DNA from: an uncultured Methanosarcinales archaeon
Lineage (GTDB): Archaea > Nanobdellota > Nanobdellia > Woesearchaeales > JABMPP01
Reading direction: 5' to 3'
Assembly: GCA_964604995.1 (NCBI GenBank)
Contig: CAZSAD010000002.1
Location: forward strand, 40,434 to 96,523
Length of the DNA stretch: 56,090 nucleotides
Every line of letters starts with the position of its first letter. Positions within the stretch are counted from its first letter, which is position 1. The translations under genes were made by a program, and so were the position numbers. Below the pieces are notes generated by a model. The model had not been told where the DNA came from, searched no databases, and saw only the letters and a list, made by a program, of their open reading frames with translations. Positions 45,807 to 54,741 of this stretch are shown here, in pieces.

Positions 45807-47987
45807 ATGGTAATGCAGAAAGGTAAAGCAATAGAAGAAATCCTTGAGAAATACAAGGATAAACTAAAAAAGGAATTAGAAGGCTCATCCACTAAATTAG
45901 GTGAAAATCCTTCTACACCTGTAACTTCTAGAGAATACCATCAATTTAGGGAAGAAGTAATGCCAAGGCACATGAGTTTTTATGAAAAAATGTGCAATCT
46001 TACAGAAAGCATTATAAAAATAAGTCCTGATAAAAAACGTGAAGAAGAATTAAAAGAAGCAATAAAAATAACGCATTTAAATATAACTCCAACAGGCGCA
46101 GCTAGTTTAGCACTTGTTGTACCACTACTTATAATTTTAATTGGTTCAATGGTTAGTTTAATTTTATTTGATTCATTTTTCTTTGTAATATTTTTTGTAA
46201 TTATTGGTGTATCTTTAATTTTTATACTCGGTAAACTGCCAATGTTTTACTCAAATAACTGGCGTTTGCAAGCAAGCAATCAAATGGTAATTTCTATATT
46301 TTATGTTGTTATGTATATGAGGCACACATCAAATTTAGAAAATGCATTAAATTTTGCAGCTGAACATTTATCTGGACCTTTAGCATTAGATTTTAAGAAA
46401 ATACTTTGGGATACTGAAACACAAAAATTTAGTTCTGTAGAAGAATCATTGGATAATTATTTGGAATCTTGGAGAAGATGGAATATAGAATATATTGAAT
46501 CATTTCACTTAATTGAATCTTCATTGTATGAAACATCTGATGATAGAAGATTATCTCTTCTTGAAAAATCACTTGAAGTAATGCTTGATGAAACTTTTGA
46601 AAAAATGTTACATTATGCACAGAACTTAAAATCTCCAATAACAATGCTTCACATGCTTGGAATAGTTCTTCCAATACTCGGATTAGTCATTTTGCCTTTA
46701 GTTGTTAGTTTTATGGAAGAAGTTAAGTGGTATCATTTGATGGCATTATACAATATAATTCTTCCAGCAGGAGTTTATTATTTGGGTAAAACAATACTTT
46801 CAAGCAGACCAACAGGATATGGTGATACTGATTTATCAAATGAAAATCCAAATGCAGATAAAAATAGAAAATTTATTATTGATTTAGGACTTGCTAAAAT
46901 TAGTATTTCTTATTTTATTATTGCAATTTTAGTTGGTGGATCTATGGTGCTTATAGGACTTAGTCCACTTATAATTCACAAATTAAACCCTTCATTTGAA
47001 ATAACCTTGGGTGAAGGTGGATTTTTTAAATTCTTAGATTATAAAATTGATCCTAAAAATCCCGGAAGTCCAATTGGGCCATATGGTCTAATTGCAGGAG
47101 TTATTAGTATTTTTGTAACACTTGGATTATCATTTGGTATTGGATTTTACCATAAAAGTAAATCTAAAAATGTAATTGAACTTAGAAAAAAAACAAAAGA
47201 TCTTGAAAATGAATTCGCATCAGCATTATTCCAACTTGGTAATAGATTAGCAGATGGACTTCCAGCTGAAATTGCGTTTAATAAAGTTGCATCAACAATG
47301 GAAAGTACACATTCTGGGGAGTTTTTTGAATTAGTTTCTAACAATATCAGAAAACTTGGTATGTCAGTTGAAGATGCAATTTTTAATAATAAAGTTGGAG
47401 CAATATTATCTTTTCCATCTAAACTAATTAATAGTTCTATGAAAGTTTTAACTGAAGCATCCAAAAAAGGGCCAAAAATTGCAGCAAAAGCAATAATTAA
47501 CGTTTCAGAATATATCAAAGAAATCCATAGGGTAAATGAGCGTTTAACTGATTTAATGTCCGATACAATTTCTTCAATGAAAACACAAATTTCATTTTTA
47601 ACACCAGTTATCGCAGGCATTGTAATAGGTATTACTTCAATGGTTTCATCAATTCTTGGAAGCTTAGGTGAGCAAATGAAAAATATAAATGCTCAATCTA
47701 ATTTAGAAGGTGGTGGAGTTAGCACAATGTCTGGATTTTTTGGAAATGGTGTTCCAGTATTTTATTTTCAAATAATAGTTGGAATTTACGTTGTGCAAAT
47801 TATTTACATCTTAAGTTTCATGGTAAATGGAATAGAAAATGGTTCAGATAAATTAAATGAAGATTATACAATTGGAACAAATATGGTTAGGGCAGGAATG
47901 ATATATGCAATTGTAGCATTTATTGTCATGCTAATTTTTAATATGATTGCAGCACAAATATCAGGACCCTTGAGTACTGGAATGTAA
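45807..47987 (+). CDS. polytopic membrane protein, probable FlaJ/TadC/PilC-like platform protein
   Basis: 726 aa. Two blocks of TM helices are separated by soluble helical regions. It lies immediately downstream of the secretion ATPase, as in archaeal type IV filament loci. No diagnostic motif was seen. Confidence 0.5.
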   Translation: MVMQKGKAIEEILEKYKDKLKKELEGSSTKLGENPSTPVTSREYHQFREEVMPRHMSFYEKMCNLTESIIKISPDKKREEELKEAIKITHLNITPTGAASLALVVPLLIILIGSMVSLILFDSFFFVIFFVIIGVSLIFILGKLPMFYSNNWRLQASNQMVISIFYVVMYMRHTSNLENALNFAAEHLSGPLALDFKKILWDTETQKFSSVEESLDNYLESWRRWNIEYIESFHLIESSLYETSDDRRLSLLEKSLEVMLDETFEKMLHYAQNLKSPITMLHMLGIVLPILGLVILPLVVSFMEEVKWYHLMALYNIILPAGVYYLGKTILSSRPTGYGDTDLSNENPNADKNRKFIIDLGLAKISISYFIIAILVGGSMVLIGLSPLIIHKLNPSFEITLGEGGFFKFLDYKIDPKNPGSPIGPYGLIAGVISIFVTLGLSFGIGFYHKSKSKNVIELRKKTKDLENEFASALFQLGNRLADGLPAEIAFNKVASTMESTHSGEFFELVSNNIRKLGMSVEDAIFNNKVGAILSFPSKLINSSMKVLTEASKKGPKIAAKAIINVSEYIKEIHRVNERLTDLMSDTISSMKTQISFLTPVIAGIVIGITSMVSSILGSLGEQMKNINAQSNLEGGGVSTMSGFFGNGVPVFYFQIIVGIYVVQIIYILSFMVNGIENGSDKLNEDYTIGTNMVRAGMIYAIVAFIVMLIFNMIAAQISGPLSTGM

Positions 47988-48053
47988 TTTAAGCTTCTAG
48001 ATAAACAGAAAGAGTTTTAAATGATATAGGATACTTTGAAATATTCTCTTTGT

Positions 48054-48127
48054 GGGACGATAGCTCAGCTTGGGAGAGCACACGGCTGAAGACCGTGGTG
48101 TCCTGGGTTCAAATCCCAGTCGTCCCA
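48054..48127 (+). tRNA. tRNA-Phe (anticodon GAA)
   Basis: GGGACGA acceptor pairs with TCGTCCC+A; D-arm GCTC-AGCTTGGGA-GAGC; anticodon stem CACGG/CCGTG with loop CTGAAGA; T-arm CTGGG-TTCAAAT-CCCAG. Confidence 0.92.
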
Positions 48128-48131
48128 TATA

Positions 48132-48211
48132 ACCTTTTCTTTCGTTCTCCCTTTGGTCAAACAAAGAAAAGCTTAACGAAAAGAAAGGTGATTTTGACTA
48201 AAGTCAAAATC
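48132..48211 (+). other. structured non-coding segment just 3' of tRNA-Phe (long imperfect stem with inner hairpin, plus a second hairpin)
   Basis: 48132-48146 ACCTTTTCTTTCGTT pairs with 48175-48189 AACGAAAAGAAAGGT (one mismatch, one wobble). Inner hairpin CTTTG-GTCAAA-CAAAG. Then GATTTTGAC-TAAA-GTCAAAATC at 48190-48211. Confidence 0.5.
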
Positions 48212-48258
48212 AAAAATTCTGAGAATAATTTATATATTAGATGTTTTGATGTTTCAAT

Positions 48259-48585
48259 ATGAAAAAAATATATTATATTGCTTTGATTATTATTTCTACG
48301 ATACTTTCCATTTATAATGCAATTGGCATTTCACTTTTTTTTCTATCGCCCTCCATTTTTGCACAAGTGATTCTTTTCTTATTTGCAATATTTATCGTAT
48401 TTGCCATTTTGAAGAACAAAATTCAATATTGGGTAATTATTTCATTTACATCATTACATATCTTAATTGCAGGATTTCAGTCATTTATGGATTCAGTTGT
48501 CATATTCACGATTTTGGAAATTATTTTATATATACTGGTAATTTTTCTATTCAAAAAAGTGGAGTTTAGTGAAGTGTCTTCTTGA
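48259..48585 (+). CDS. small hypothetical membrane protein (3-4 TM)
   Basis: 108-aa ORF, almost entirely hydrophobic. Confidence 0.5.
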   Translation: MKKIYYIALIIISTILSIYNAIGISLFFLSPSIFAQVILFLFAIFIVFAILKNKIQYWVIISFTSLHILIAGFQSFMDSVVIFTILEIILYILVIFLFKKVEFSEVSS

Positions 48586-48669
48586 AAAGATATTTTTTTC
48601 AAGTCTCCGTTCGCCATTTAAAAATATCATTCAGAAACATTTAAATATTAAGCTATCTAAGATAATTGT

Positions 48670-48807
48670 ATGTCAGACACTGTGACAATACCAAGAGAAG
48701 AGTATGAATATCTAAAGAGATTGGAAACTATTGCTCAGGATGAATTACTCTCCAGCGTTAAGCGTGGCTTGGAAGATGCATCTAAAGGCAAACTTAGAGG
48801 ACGCTAA
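48670..48807 (+). CDS. antitoxin-like small protein (45 aa, below the ORF-track cutoff)
   Basis: MSDTVTIPREEYEYLKRLETIAQDELLSSVKRGLEDASKGKLRGR*. It follows the short (T)I.IP.eEYE.L..LE...D......L.D...GK pattern common in small type II antitoxins. Confidence 0.4.
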   Translation: MSDTVTIPREEYEYLKRLETIAQDELLSSVKRGLEDASKGKLRGR

Positions 48808-49109
48808 AGTTGCTTTTTTATCAATTCTTTATAAAAATCTAATTGTTCCTTGATTCTATCTATTGTTTCTTGTTGGACTTTTTTATCACTAATAGTCACT
48901 AATAAAACAGTATTAATCTCTTCATAAACAAGAAAATAAATTCTGTACTTGCCTATCTTTTTCTCTTTGAAAAATGGGTAACCTAAAGATTTGCCAACTT
49001 CAATTGTCTGTTTCAGTTGTTTAATAATATCTTCTATTTGTTCTTGATAATCCTTTGAAAGAAGTCTTTCCCAAGTATCGAATTCTTTTGTTGATAAAAC
49101 ACGATTCAT
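48804..49109 (-). CDS. RelE/ParE-superfamily toxin-like protein
   Basis: FDTWERLLSKDYQEQIEDIIKQLKQTIEVGKSLGYPFFKEKKIGKYRIYFLVYEEINTVLLVTISDKK follows the RelE-like pattern (GK.L...l.e+R.G.YRiiY.v.....v.l..i..+K). Confidence 0.55.
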   Translation of the reverse strand: MNRVLSTKEFDTWERLLSKDYQEQIEDIIKQLKQTIEVGKSLGYPFFKEKKIGKYRIYFLVYEEINTVLLVTISDKKVQQETIDRIKEQLDFYKELIKKQL

Positions 49110-49174
49110 GACCTGAGATTAGCTTTTTATATTTATTAAATGTTTGTTTTATCTTTCAGGCAGAGCATTAATTT

Positions 49175-49197
49175 GTTCAAATCCCAGTCGTCCCATA
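49175..49197 (+). repeat. 23-nt exact duplicate of the tRNA-Phe 3' end (attR-like)
   Basis: Identical to 48107-48129. It lies in non-coding DNA and has no 5' tRNA half upstream. Confidence 0.9.
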
Positions 49198-49280
49198 AAT
49201 ATTTTTATAATTTTTAATTGAATTAAAACTATACCAATAGTTAAATACTACTCTACCTTCTCTTATATTAATTGAATAAA

Positions 49281-49634
49281 ATGGGAAAAATAATTCATAT
49301 TTTAACTATTGCAGTGATGTTACTAGCTATCACTACAGCATGCAATCAACAATCTGATTGTGAAAGTGTAGTAAAAACCATAATTCATGATAATAAAATT
49401 ATTGATATCAATACAACACATCAATTAGAACAACAGAATTTGACAAGAAAAGGATCTATTTATCCAAAATTTCCAAAAGGTAATTTAGGTATTAATCCAC
49501 CAATATCTTTTTTTGTTATAGACATGAATAAAAGCAATGAATATTATTATGTGGATGGTGGTATGTATTCTCCAATTTGGCATGGACCTTACCAAGGTAA
49601 GTTGCCAACAGTTTGTTTTTATCCAGAAAAATAA
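49281..49634 (+). CDS. small secreted protein or lipoprotein candidate
   Basis: Signal-like MGKIIHILTIAVMLLAITTAC with a Cys after the hydrophobic core (lipobox-like). The ORF opens at TTG 49272. Confidence 0.45.
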   Translation: MGKIIHILTIAVMLLAITTACNQQSDCESVVKTIIHDNKIIDINTTHQLEQQNLTRKGSIYPKFPKGNLGINPPISFFVIDMNKSNEYYYVDGGMYSPIWHGPYQGKLPTVCFYPEK

Positions 49635-49662
49635 TTATATTTTTTAATCTCAGTTTTTCATG

Positions 49663-50283
49663 TTAATCAATTTTACTTAAAAGAATATCATTGATCATTT
49701 GTAATGAATTTATTTGTGTATCTGCTTTTGATAAGTCTTGTTCTAAAGTGTAGTTATTTTTTACAGCAATGCACATACATCCTGCAGCTTTTGCTGCAAT
49801 TATTCCTACAGTTGCATCTTCTAGAACAACACATTCAACTGGTTTTAAATTTAATTTTTTTACAGCGATTGCATAAGTTTCAGGATCAGGCTTTCCTTTT
49901 TTTACATCATTGCCTGAAACAATTACATTAAAATAATTTCTTATTGAAAATTTATCAAGAACTATTTGAATATATTCTTCTGTTCCTGAAGATGCTAATG
50001 CTATTTTCATTCCTTTTGACTTAAAAAATTCAAGCGAATAAATTAATCCTGGCATTTCTTTTAATTCTTTTTTTACTAAATCAAGAAATATTCTACTTCT
50101 TTTTTCTACTAATTCTTCAGTAGAAATTGGAAGTTTTAATAAATCTACAATTTGCTTAGATCTTCAGGAATTTCATCCATATCTCTTGAATATTCTTTAA
50201 GAACTTCTTCAAAAGATTTAGTATGCAAAGATACAGAATTAATCATTAAATCGTCCATGTCATAAATCACTGCTTTTATCATT
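49663..50283 (-). pseudogene. HAD-IA (beta-phosphoglucomutase-like) hydrolase interrupted by a frameshift
   Basis: The N-terminal fragment MIKAVIYDMDDLMINS... (50283 down to the stop at 50146) carries HAD motif I. The rest (SKQIVDLLKLP...MPGLI...IALASSG...GKPDPE...VLEDATVGIIAAKAAG) continues in another frame. The two frames overlap around 50146-50168. Confidence 0.6.
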
Positions 50284-50339
50284 TTAATTAATCACATCTT
50301 TTAGATATAATAAATAAAATAATTAAGAATTAAAAATAA

Positions 50340-50801
50340 TTAATTTTCTTCTTCATCATAAAGATCGTCTATATTTTCTTCTTCCACTGCTAAATTTTCA
50401 TCATCACTACCATAGAGATCTTTTTCACTAACTTTTTTCTCTTCTTTTAATGGGGTAGATTTTGTTTCAGGTTTAGCAACTGGTGCTGGGCTAGGTGCAG
50501 ATTTTCCTGAACCTTTCTCAACAAGTTCCAAGCTTCCAAATTTACCAGTTGAAAGTTGCATCTCTCCTTGCCATTCTCCAACATAACCATTAATTATGTG
50601 AATCTTATCTCCAACATTGACTTTGTCAATATCATCATTCCAAAGAGTTAAGACTATTTGCCCAGAATCATCTTTGACTTTGGCATTAGCTACTCTTCCT
50701 GATGTTCCAAACTTATTCCAAGTTCTGACATCTCCTTTCTCTGCTACTTCTACAATTAGGTCAACTTTACCTTGTCTTGGTGTTAAATCTTTGATTGCCA
50801 T
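50340..50801 (-). CDS. ssb: single-OB-fold ssDNA-binding protein with acidic C-terminal tail
   Basis: LTPRQGKVDLIVEVAEKGDVRTWNKFGTSGRVANAKVKDDSGQIVLTLWNDDIDKVNVGDKIHIINGYVGEWQGEMQLSTG has the same layout as crenarchaeal SSB. It has a flexible spacer and a DDLYDEEEN tail. Confidence 0.75.
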   Translation of the reverse strand: MAIKDLTPRQGKVDLIVEVAEKGDVRTWNKFGTSGRVANAKVKDDSGQIVLTLWNDDIDKVNVGDKIHIINGYVGEWQGEMQLSTGKFGSLELVEKGSGKSAPSPAPVAKPETKSTPLKEEKKVSEKDLYGSDDENLAVEEENIDDLYDEEEN

Positions 50802-51085
50802 GGGTTGGAAAAAATCAAATTGCTTTATAAATCTTTGCCGGTCTATACCTATTTACATATCTATTCTTCTTATTTTCAAAAGATTTATATAAAACTAGGC
50901 ATATCTAAATATTATGAACGGCGATTATCTTTGGCAGCGGTAAATTAAAGTTAGTTTTCTTAGTTAGTAATATACAAAAAAATTCAGATGGTCATTGGCG
51001 ATAAATAGATTTCTCTATATAAAATTAATTTTTATTTGAAATTAACTTCATAACTTCAAAAAATAAAATATACAAAGGTGAAAAA

Positions 51086-52378
51086 ATGAAAAACAATAAT
51101 TCAAGTCAAAAAAAAGAAATGCAACCAAATCTACAAAGTACACAACATGATTTACAAAGGGGTTTTTTTGGTGAATTTGGTGGACAATTTGTTCCACCAC
51201 AATTAATCCCTTATTTATCTGAGTTAGAAAAGGAATATTCAAAACTTAAAGAAAATGAAAAATTCAAGTTTGAAATGCAAAGATTACTTAGTGATTATGT
51301 TGGAAGACCAAGTCCTCTTTACTTTGCTGAAAAATTAAGTAATTATGTTGGATGTAAAATTTATTTGAAACGTGAAGATTTGAATCATACGGGTGCACAT
51401 AAAATAAACAATACTCTGGGTCAAGCATTTCTAGCAAAGGCTATGGGGCGAGAGGAAATAATTGCAGAAACTGGTGCTGGGCAGCATGGTGTTGCAACAG
51501 CGACAGCAGCAGCACTATTTGGCATGAAATGTAAAATTTTTATGGGAGAAATTGATGTAGAAAAACAGATGATGAATGTTTTTAGAATGAAACTTTTGGG
51601 TGCAGAAGTAATTGTTGTTAAAACTGGAGGGAGAGTTCTTAAAGATGCAGTTGATGAAGGACTCAAATACCTTATTGGTAATCCTAAAACTTTTTATCTT
51701 CTTGGAAGTGCTGTTGGACCGCATCCTTATCCAACAATTGTTAGGGACTTTCAAAGCATTATTGGTAAAGAAGCAAAAGAACAATTTTACAAAATAGAAG
51801 GAAAACTTCCAGATATGCTTGTTGCATGTGTTGGAGGTGGAAGCAATGCAATGGGACTTTTTTATTCTTTTATTTCTGATAAAAATGTTAAATTAGTAGG
51901 TGTTGAGCCTGCAGGTAGAGGGCTTGAGACTGGAATGCATGCAGCAACATTAAATCTTGGAAGCCCAGGAATAATTCATGGATACAAATGCCTTTTGTTG
52001 CAAGATAAAAAAGGAGAACCACTTGAAGTTTATTCAATAGCATCAGGCCTTGACTATCCTGGTGTTGGACCAGAAATTAGTATGTTAAAAAAAACTGGAA
52101 GACTTGAAGTTGCAACAGTTACAGATAAACAAGCTCTTGATGCATTTTTATTTTTAAGTCAAAAAGAAGGAATAATTCCAGCACTTGAAACAAGCCATGC
52201 AATTGCTTATCTTCTTGAAAATAAGGGGAAATTCAAGACTGATACAACTATTATTGTAAATTTATCAGGTAGGGGCGATAAAGATGTCGAAACTGTAAAT
52301 AACATTTTGTTCAATGACAAAAACTCAAATATCAAAAACTCAAGTAAATTAGGAGGTGATTTTCATGCTAGCATTTAG
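51086..52378 (+). CDS. trpB: tryptophan synthase beta chain (TrpB1-like), standalone
   Basis: [29 protein letters not shown] (PLP lysine), [10 protein letters not shown] and [10 protein letters not shown]. It carries short N- and C-terminal extensions. Confidence 0.92.
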   Translation: MKNNNSSQKKEMQPNLQSTQHDLQRGFFGEFGGQFVPPQLIPYLSELEKEYSKLKENEKFKFEMQRLLSDYVGRPSPLYFAEKLSNYVGCKIYLKREDLNHTGAHKINNTLGQAFLAKAMGREEIIAETGAGQHGVATATAAALFGMKCKIFMGEIDVEKQMMNVFRMKLLGAEVIVVKTGGRVLKDAVDEGLKYLIGNPKTFYLLGSAVGPHPYPTIVRDFQSIIGKEAKEQFYKIEGKLPDMLVACVGGGSNAMGLFYSFISDKNVKLVGVEPAGRGLETGMHAATLNLGSPGIIHGYKCLLLQDKKGEPLEVYSIASGLDYPGVGPEISMLKKTGRLEVATVTDKQALDAFLFLSQKEGIIPALETSHAIAYLLENKGKFKTDTTIIVNLSGRGDKDVETVNNILFNDKNSNIKNSSKLGGDFHASI

Positions 52379-53072
52379 TGGAGATCAAAGACTAAGATTA
52401 CTTGCACAAAATATACTTGAAGACAACAACATTTCATCGTTGGATTTTAATATATATAACCATCTTTTAACTACAAAAAACTTTTCAGATATTAATCCAG
52501 TTATGGATATTTTAATAAAAGATAAAGATGAGGAAATTGAAAATAAAATATCCCAAGCATTTAATATGATTGGGCTTAAAAAAATTAATTCAAAAGATGA
52601 AGGGTCATTATTTGACGATTCTTTTGTAGATGTGCAAAATATAGATGTACAAACTAAAGAAAATTGGCCTTACTCAAAAGACAACTATGCACATGTAGTT
52701 GTCCCAGCTCAATATGGGATTAATGTATTAGAAAAATTTAAAAGTTATTTGGGAAGACATGCTGAAAACAAAAAGCGTGTTATCAAAAATATACCTTTTG
52801 GTTTTTATTTTTTAGATTATGGGCATAATGTAGCATATTTTAAAAGAAAGGACGGTTCATTAGAATTGCTTTCAAATTCAACTGATTCAACACAAGAAAA
52901 GAGTAACGAACTTGCACTTAAAGGTATAAAGAAAATAACTCCTAATTTTTTAATAAGTATTTTAGGTGAAGAAGGCAAGAAAAAATTCAATAACTCTCTT
53001 GGTGAAGTGATTGAGCAACATTATAGAAGTAAAGGAATTGCTTACATAGGTGGAGGATTTATACATGGTTAA
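52365..53072 (+). CDS. hypothetical protein, translationally coupled to trpB
   Basis: The ATG at 52365 is preceded by AGGAGGTGA (52351-52359) inside the trpB 3' end, giving a 14-nt overlap with trpB. No recognisable motif, and it does not look like TrpA. Confidence 0.6.
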   Translation: MLAFSGDQRLRLLAQNILEDNNISSLDFNIYNHLLTTKNFSDINPVMDILIKDKDEEIENKISQAFNMIGLKKINSKDEGSLFDDSFVDVQNIDVQTKENWPYSKDNYAHVVVPAQYGINVLEKFKSYLGRHAENKKRVIKNIPFGFYFLDYGHNVAYFKRKDGSLELLSNSTDSTQEKSNELALKGIKKITPNFLISILGEEGKKKFNNSLGEVIEQHYRSKGIAYIGGGFIHG

Positions 53073-53195
53073 ATTATTTAATTTTACTGTTAATCCTATT
53101 GGAAAAAATCATACAAACCTTTATTGCAAAACTTTTTTATATTGAAAACAAGATTAATAATATAAAATAAAAATTGTAACTTAATTGCTAACAAA

Positions 53196-54326
53196 ATGAC
53201 AGACAAAACTACTGATAAAATGACTGTAACTCCTTGGGAAGTTAGTGGTGAAATTGACTATCACAAATTAATTAAAGAATTTGGAACAGAACATTTAGAT
53301 GAAAAGCTACTTCATAGAATAAAAAAACATACAGGTGAATTACATTATTTACTTCGAAGAAAAATATTTTTTTCTCATAGAGATATGAATTGGCTTTTAG
53401 ACGAATACGATAAAGGGAATAAATTTTTTTTATATACAGGAAGAGGTCCATCAGGGCACACCCATCTTGGTCATTTAATCCCTTGGATGTTTACAAAATG
53501 GTTACAAGAAAAATTTGATGTTGAATTGTATTTTCAAATGACAGATGATGAAAAATTCTTGTTTAAACAAAATATGGAATTGGAAGAAACAAATAGGCTC
53601 GCTTATGAAAATGCATTAGATGTCATTGCACTTGGTTTTAATCCAAAAAAAACATTTATTTTTTCAGATATTGACTATGCCAAAACGCTTTACAAAGAGG
53701 CATTAAAAGTTGCAAAAAAGCTTAATTTTTCAACTACTAAAGCAGTTTTTGGATTCAAGAATGAAACAAATGTTGGGCAGATATTTTTTACATCAATGCA
53801 AAGTGTTCCTGCATTTTTACCAAGTGTAAAAGCTGGTAGAAATATTCCTTGTTTAATTCCACATGCAATAGATCAAGATCCTCATTTTAGAATTTGTAGA
53901 GATATCTTACCAAAACTTGGTTATTTTAAACCAGCAACAATACACTGTAAATTTTTACCAGGACTTAGCGCAGGTTCAAAAATGTCAGCAAGCAATGAAA
54001 ATGTTACCATATATACAACTGACAATGAAGATGTTGTGAAAAAGAAAATTATGAAATATGCATTTTCAGGAGGACAACCAAGTATCGAAGAGCATCGCAA
54101 ACATGGTGGTAATCCTGATATCGATGTGCCTTATCAATGGCTAACTTTCCTTGAAGAAGATGACCATAAATTAAAACAGATACACGATGATTACAAATCT
54201 GGAAAAATGTTAACTGGGGAAATGAAACAAATTGTTGTTGATAAAATAAATGGATTTTTAAAAGAACATCAAAGAAAAAGAGAACAGGCAAGAAATGTTT
54301 TGGATAAGTTCATACTGAAAGATTAA
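53196..54326 (+). CDS. trpS: tryptophanyl-tRNA synthetase (archaeal/eukaryotic type)
   Basis: TPWEVSGEIDYHKLIKEFG, YTGRGPSGHTHLGHLIPW (HIGH region) and KMSAS (KMSKS region). Confidence 0.92.
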   Translation: MTDKTTDKMTVTPWEVSGEIDYHKLIKEFGTEHLDEKLLHRIKKHTGELHYLLRRKIFFSHRDMNWLLDEYDKGNKFFLYTGRGPSGHTHLGHLIPWMFTKWLQEKFDVELYFQMTDDEKFLFKQNMELEETNRLAYENALDVIALGFNPKKTFIFSDIDYAKTLYKEALKVAKKLNFSTTKAVFGFKNETNVGQIFFTSMQSVPAFLPSVKAGRNIPCLIPHAIDQDPHFRICRDILPKLGYFKPATIHCKFLPGLSAGSKMSASNENVTIYTTDNEDVVKKKIMKYAFSGGQPSIEEHRKHGGNPDIDVPYQWLTFLEEDDHKLKQIHDDYKSGKMLTGEMKQIVVDKINGFLKEHQRKREQARNVLDKFILKD

Positions 54327-54395
54327 CTTTTTATACTTATTTTGATTTAGTTAACAAATAAACTTAATTAATATTTAATTATTTTATCGATATAA

Positions 54396-54632
54396 ATGTT
54401 TAATAAAAGAGGTGGGAATTTGACAGAAGTTGCACCATTACCTGCAAGTTTTATGGTTACAAGTATTGTTGGATATATTATCTCAGTTCTTCTTGTTTAT
54501 CCAAGATGGCAAAGTTGGGGATTTGCTTTTGCACTTGTTTTTATCATGATGTTTATAGCATCAGTCATATCTATGACTTATTCTGAAGTCAAAGATCCTT
54601 TAATGATCCATAATAAAAAGAAAGTTAGATAA
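54396..54632 (+). CDS. small hypothetical membrane protein (2 TM)
   Basis: 78-aa ORF with two hydrophobic segments. Confidence 0.45.
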   Translation: MFNKRGGNLTEVAPLPASFMVTSIVGYIISVLLVYPRWQSWGFAFALVFIMMFIASVISMTYSEVKDPLMIHNKKKVR

Positions 54633-54741
54633 TTATCATTTTTTAATTATTTTATATTCTCTTCTTTTTGTTTTATACTTTTACTACTTTTCAATGTTAA
54701 ATATGCCAAATATTTAAAAAGATGAAATTTTTCTAGTTATC

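Larger units (their letters stand above)
48107..49197 (+). mobile_element. remnant of an element integrated into the 3' end of tRNA-Phe (att-like 23-nt direct repeats; no integrase)
   Basis: GTTCAAATCCCAGTCGTCCCATA at 48107-48129 (tRNA 3' end) is repeated exactly at 49175-49197. The bracketed ~1.07 kb carries a small membrane protein, an antitoxin-like mini-ORF and a RelE-like gene. Confidence 0.55.

Noticed and set aside
48050-48262. 70-aa plus-strand ORF
   Set aside because: It begins inside tRNA-Phe and reads through the hairpin-rich spacer. The tRNA cloverleaf explains the sequence.
50914-50943. Nine-codon mini-ORF MNGDYLWQR* containing a Trp codon, about 140 nt upstream of trpB; considered as a trp leader peptide or attenuator
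   Set aside because: It has only one Trp codon and no adjacent alternative terminator/antiterminator hairpins. Attenuation of this kind is a bacterial mechanism not established in archaea. It is most likely a chance ORF.
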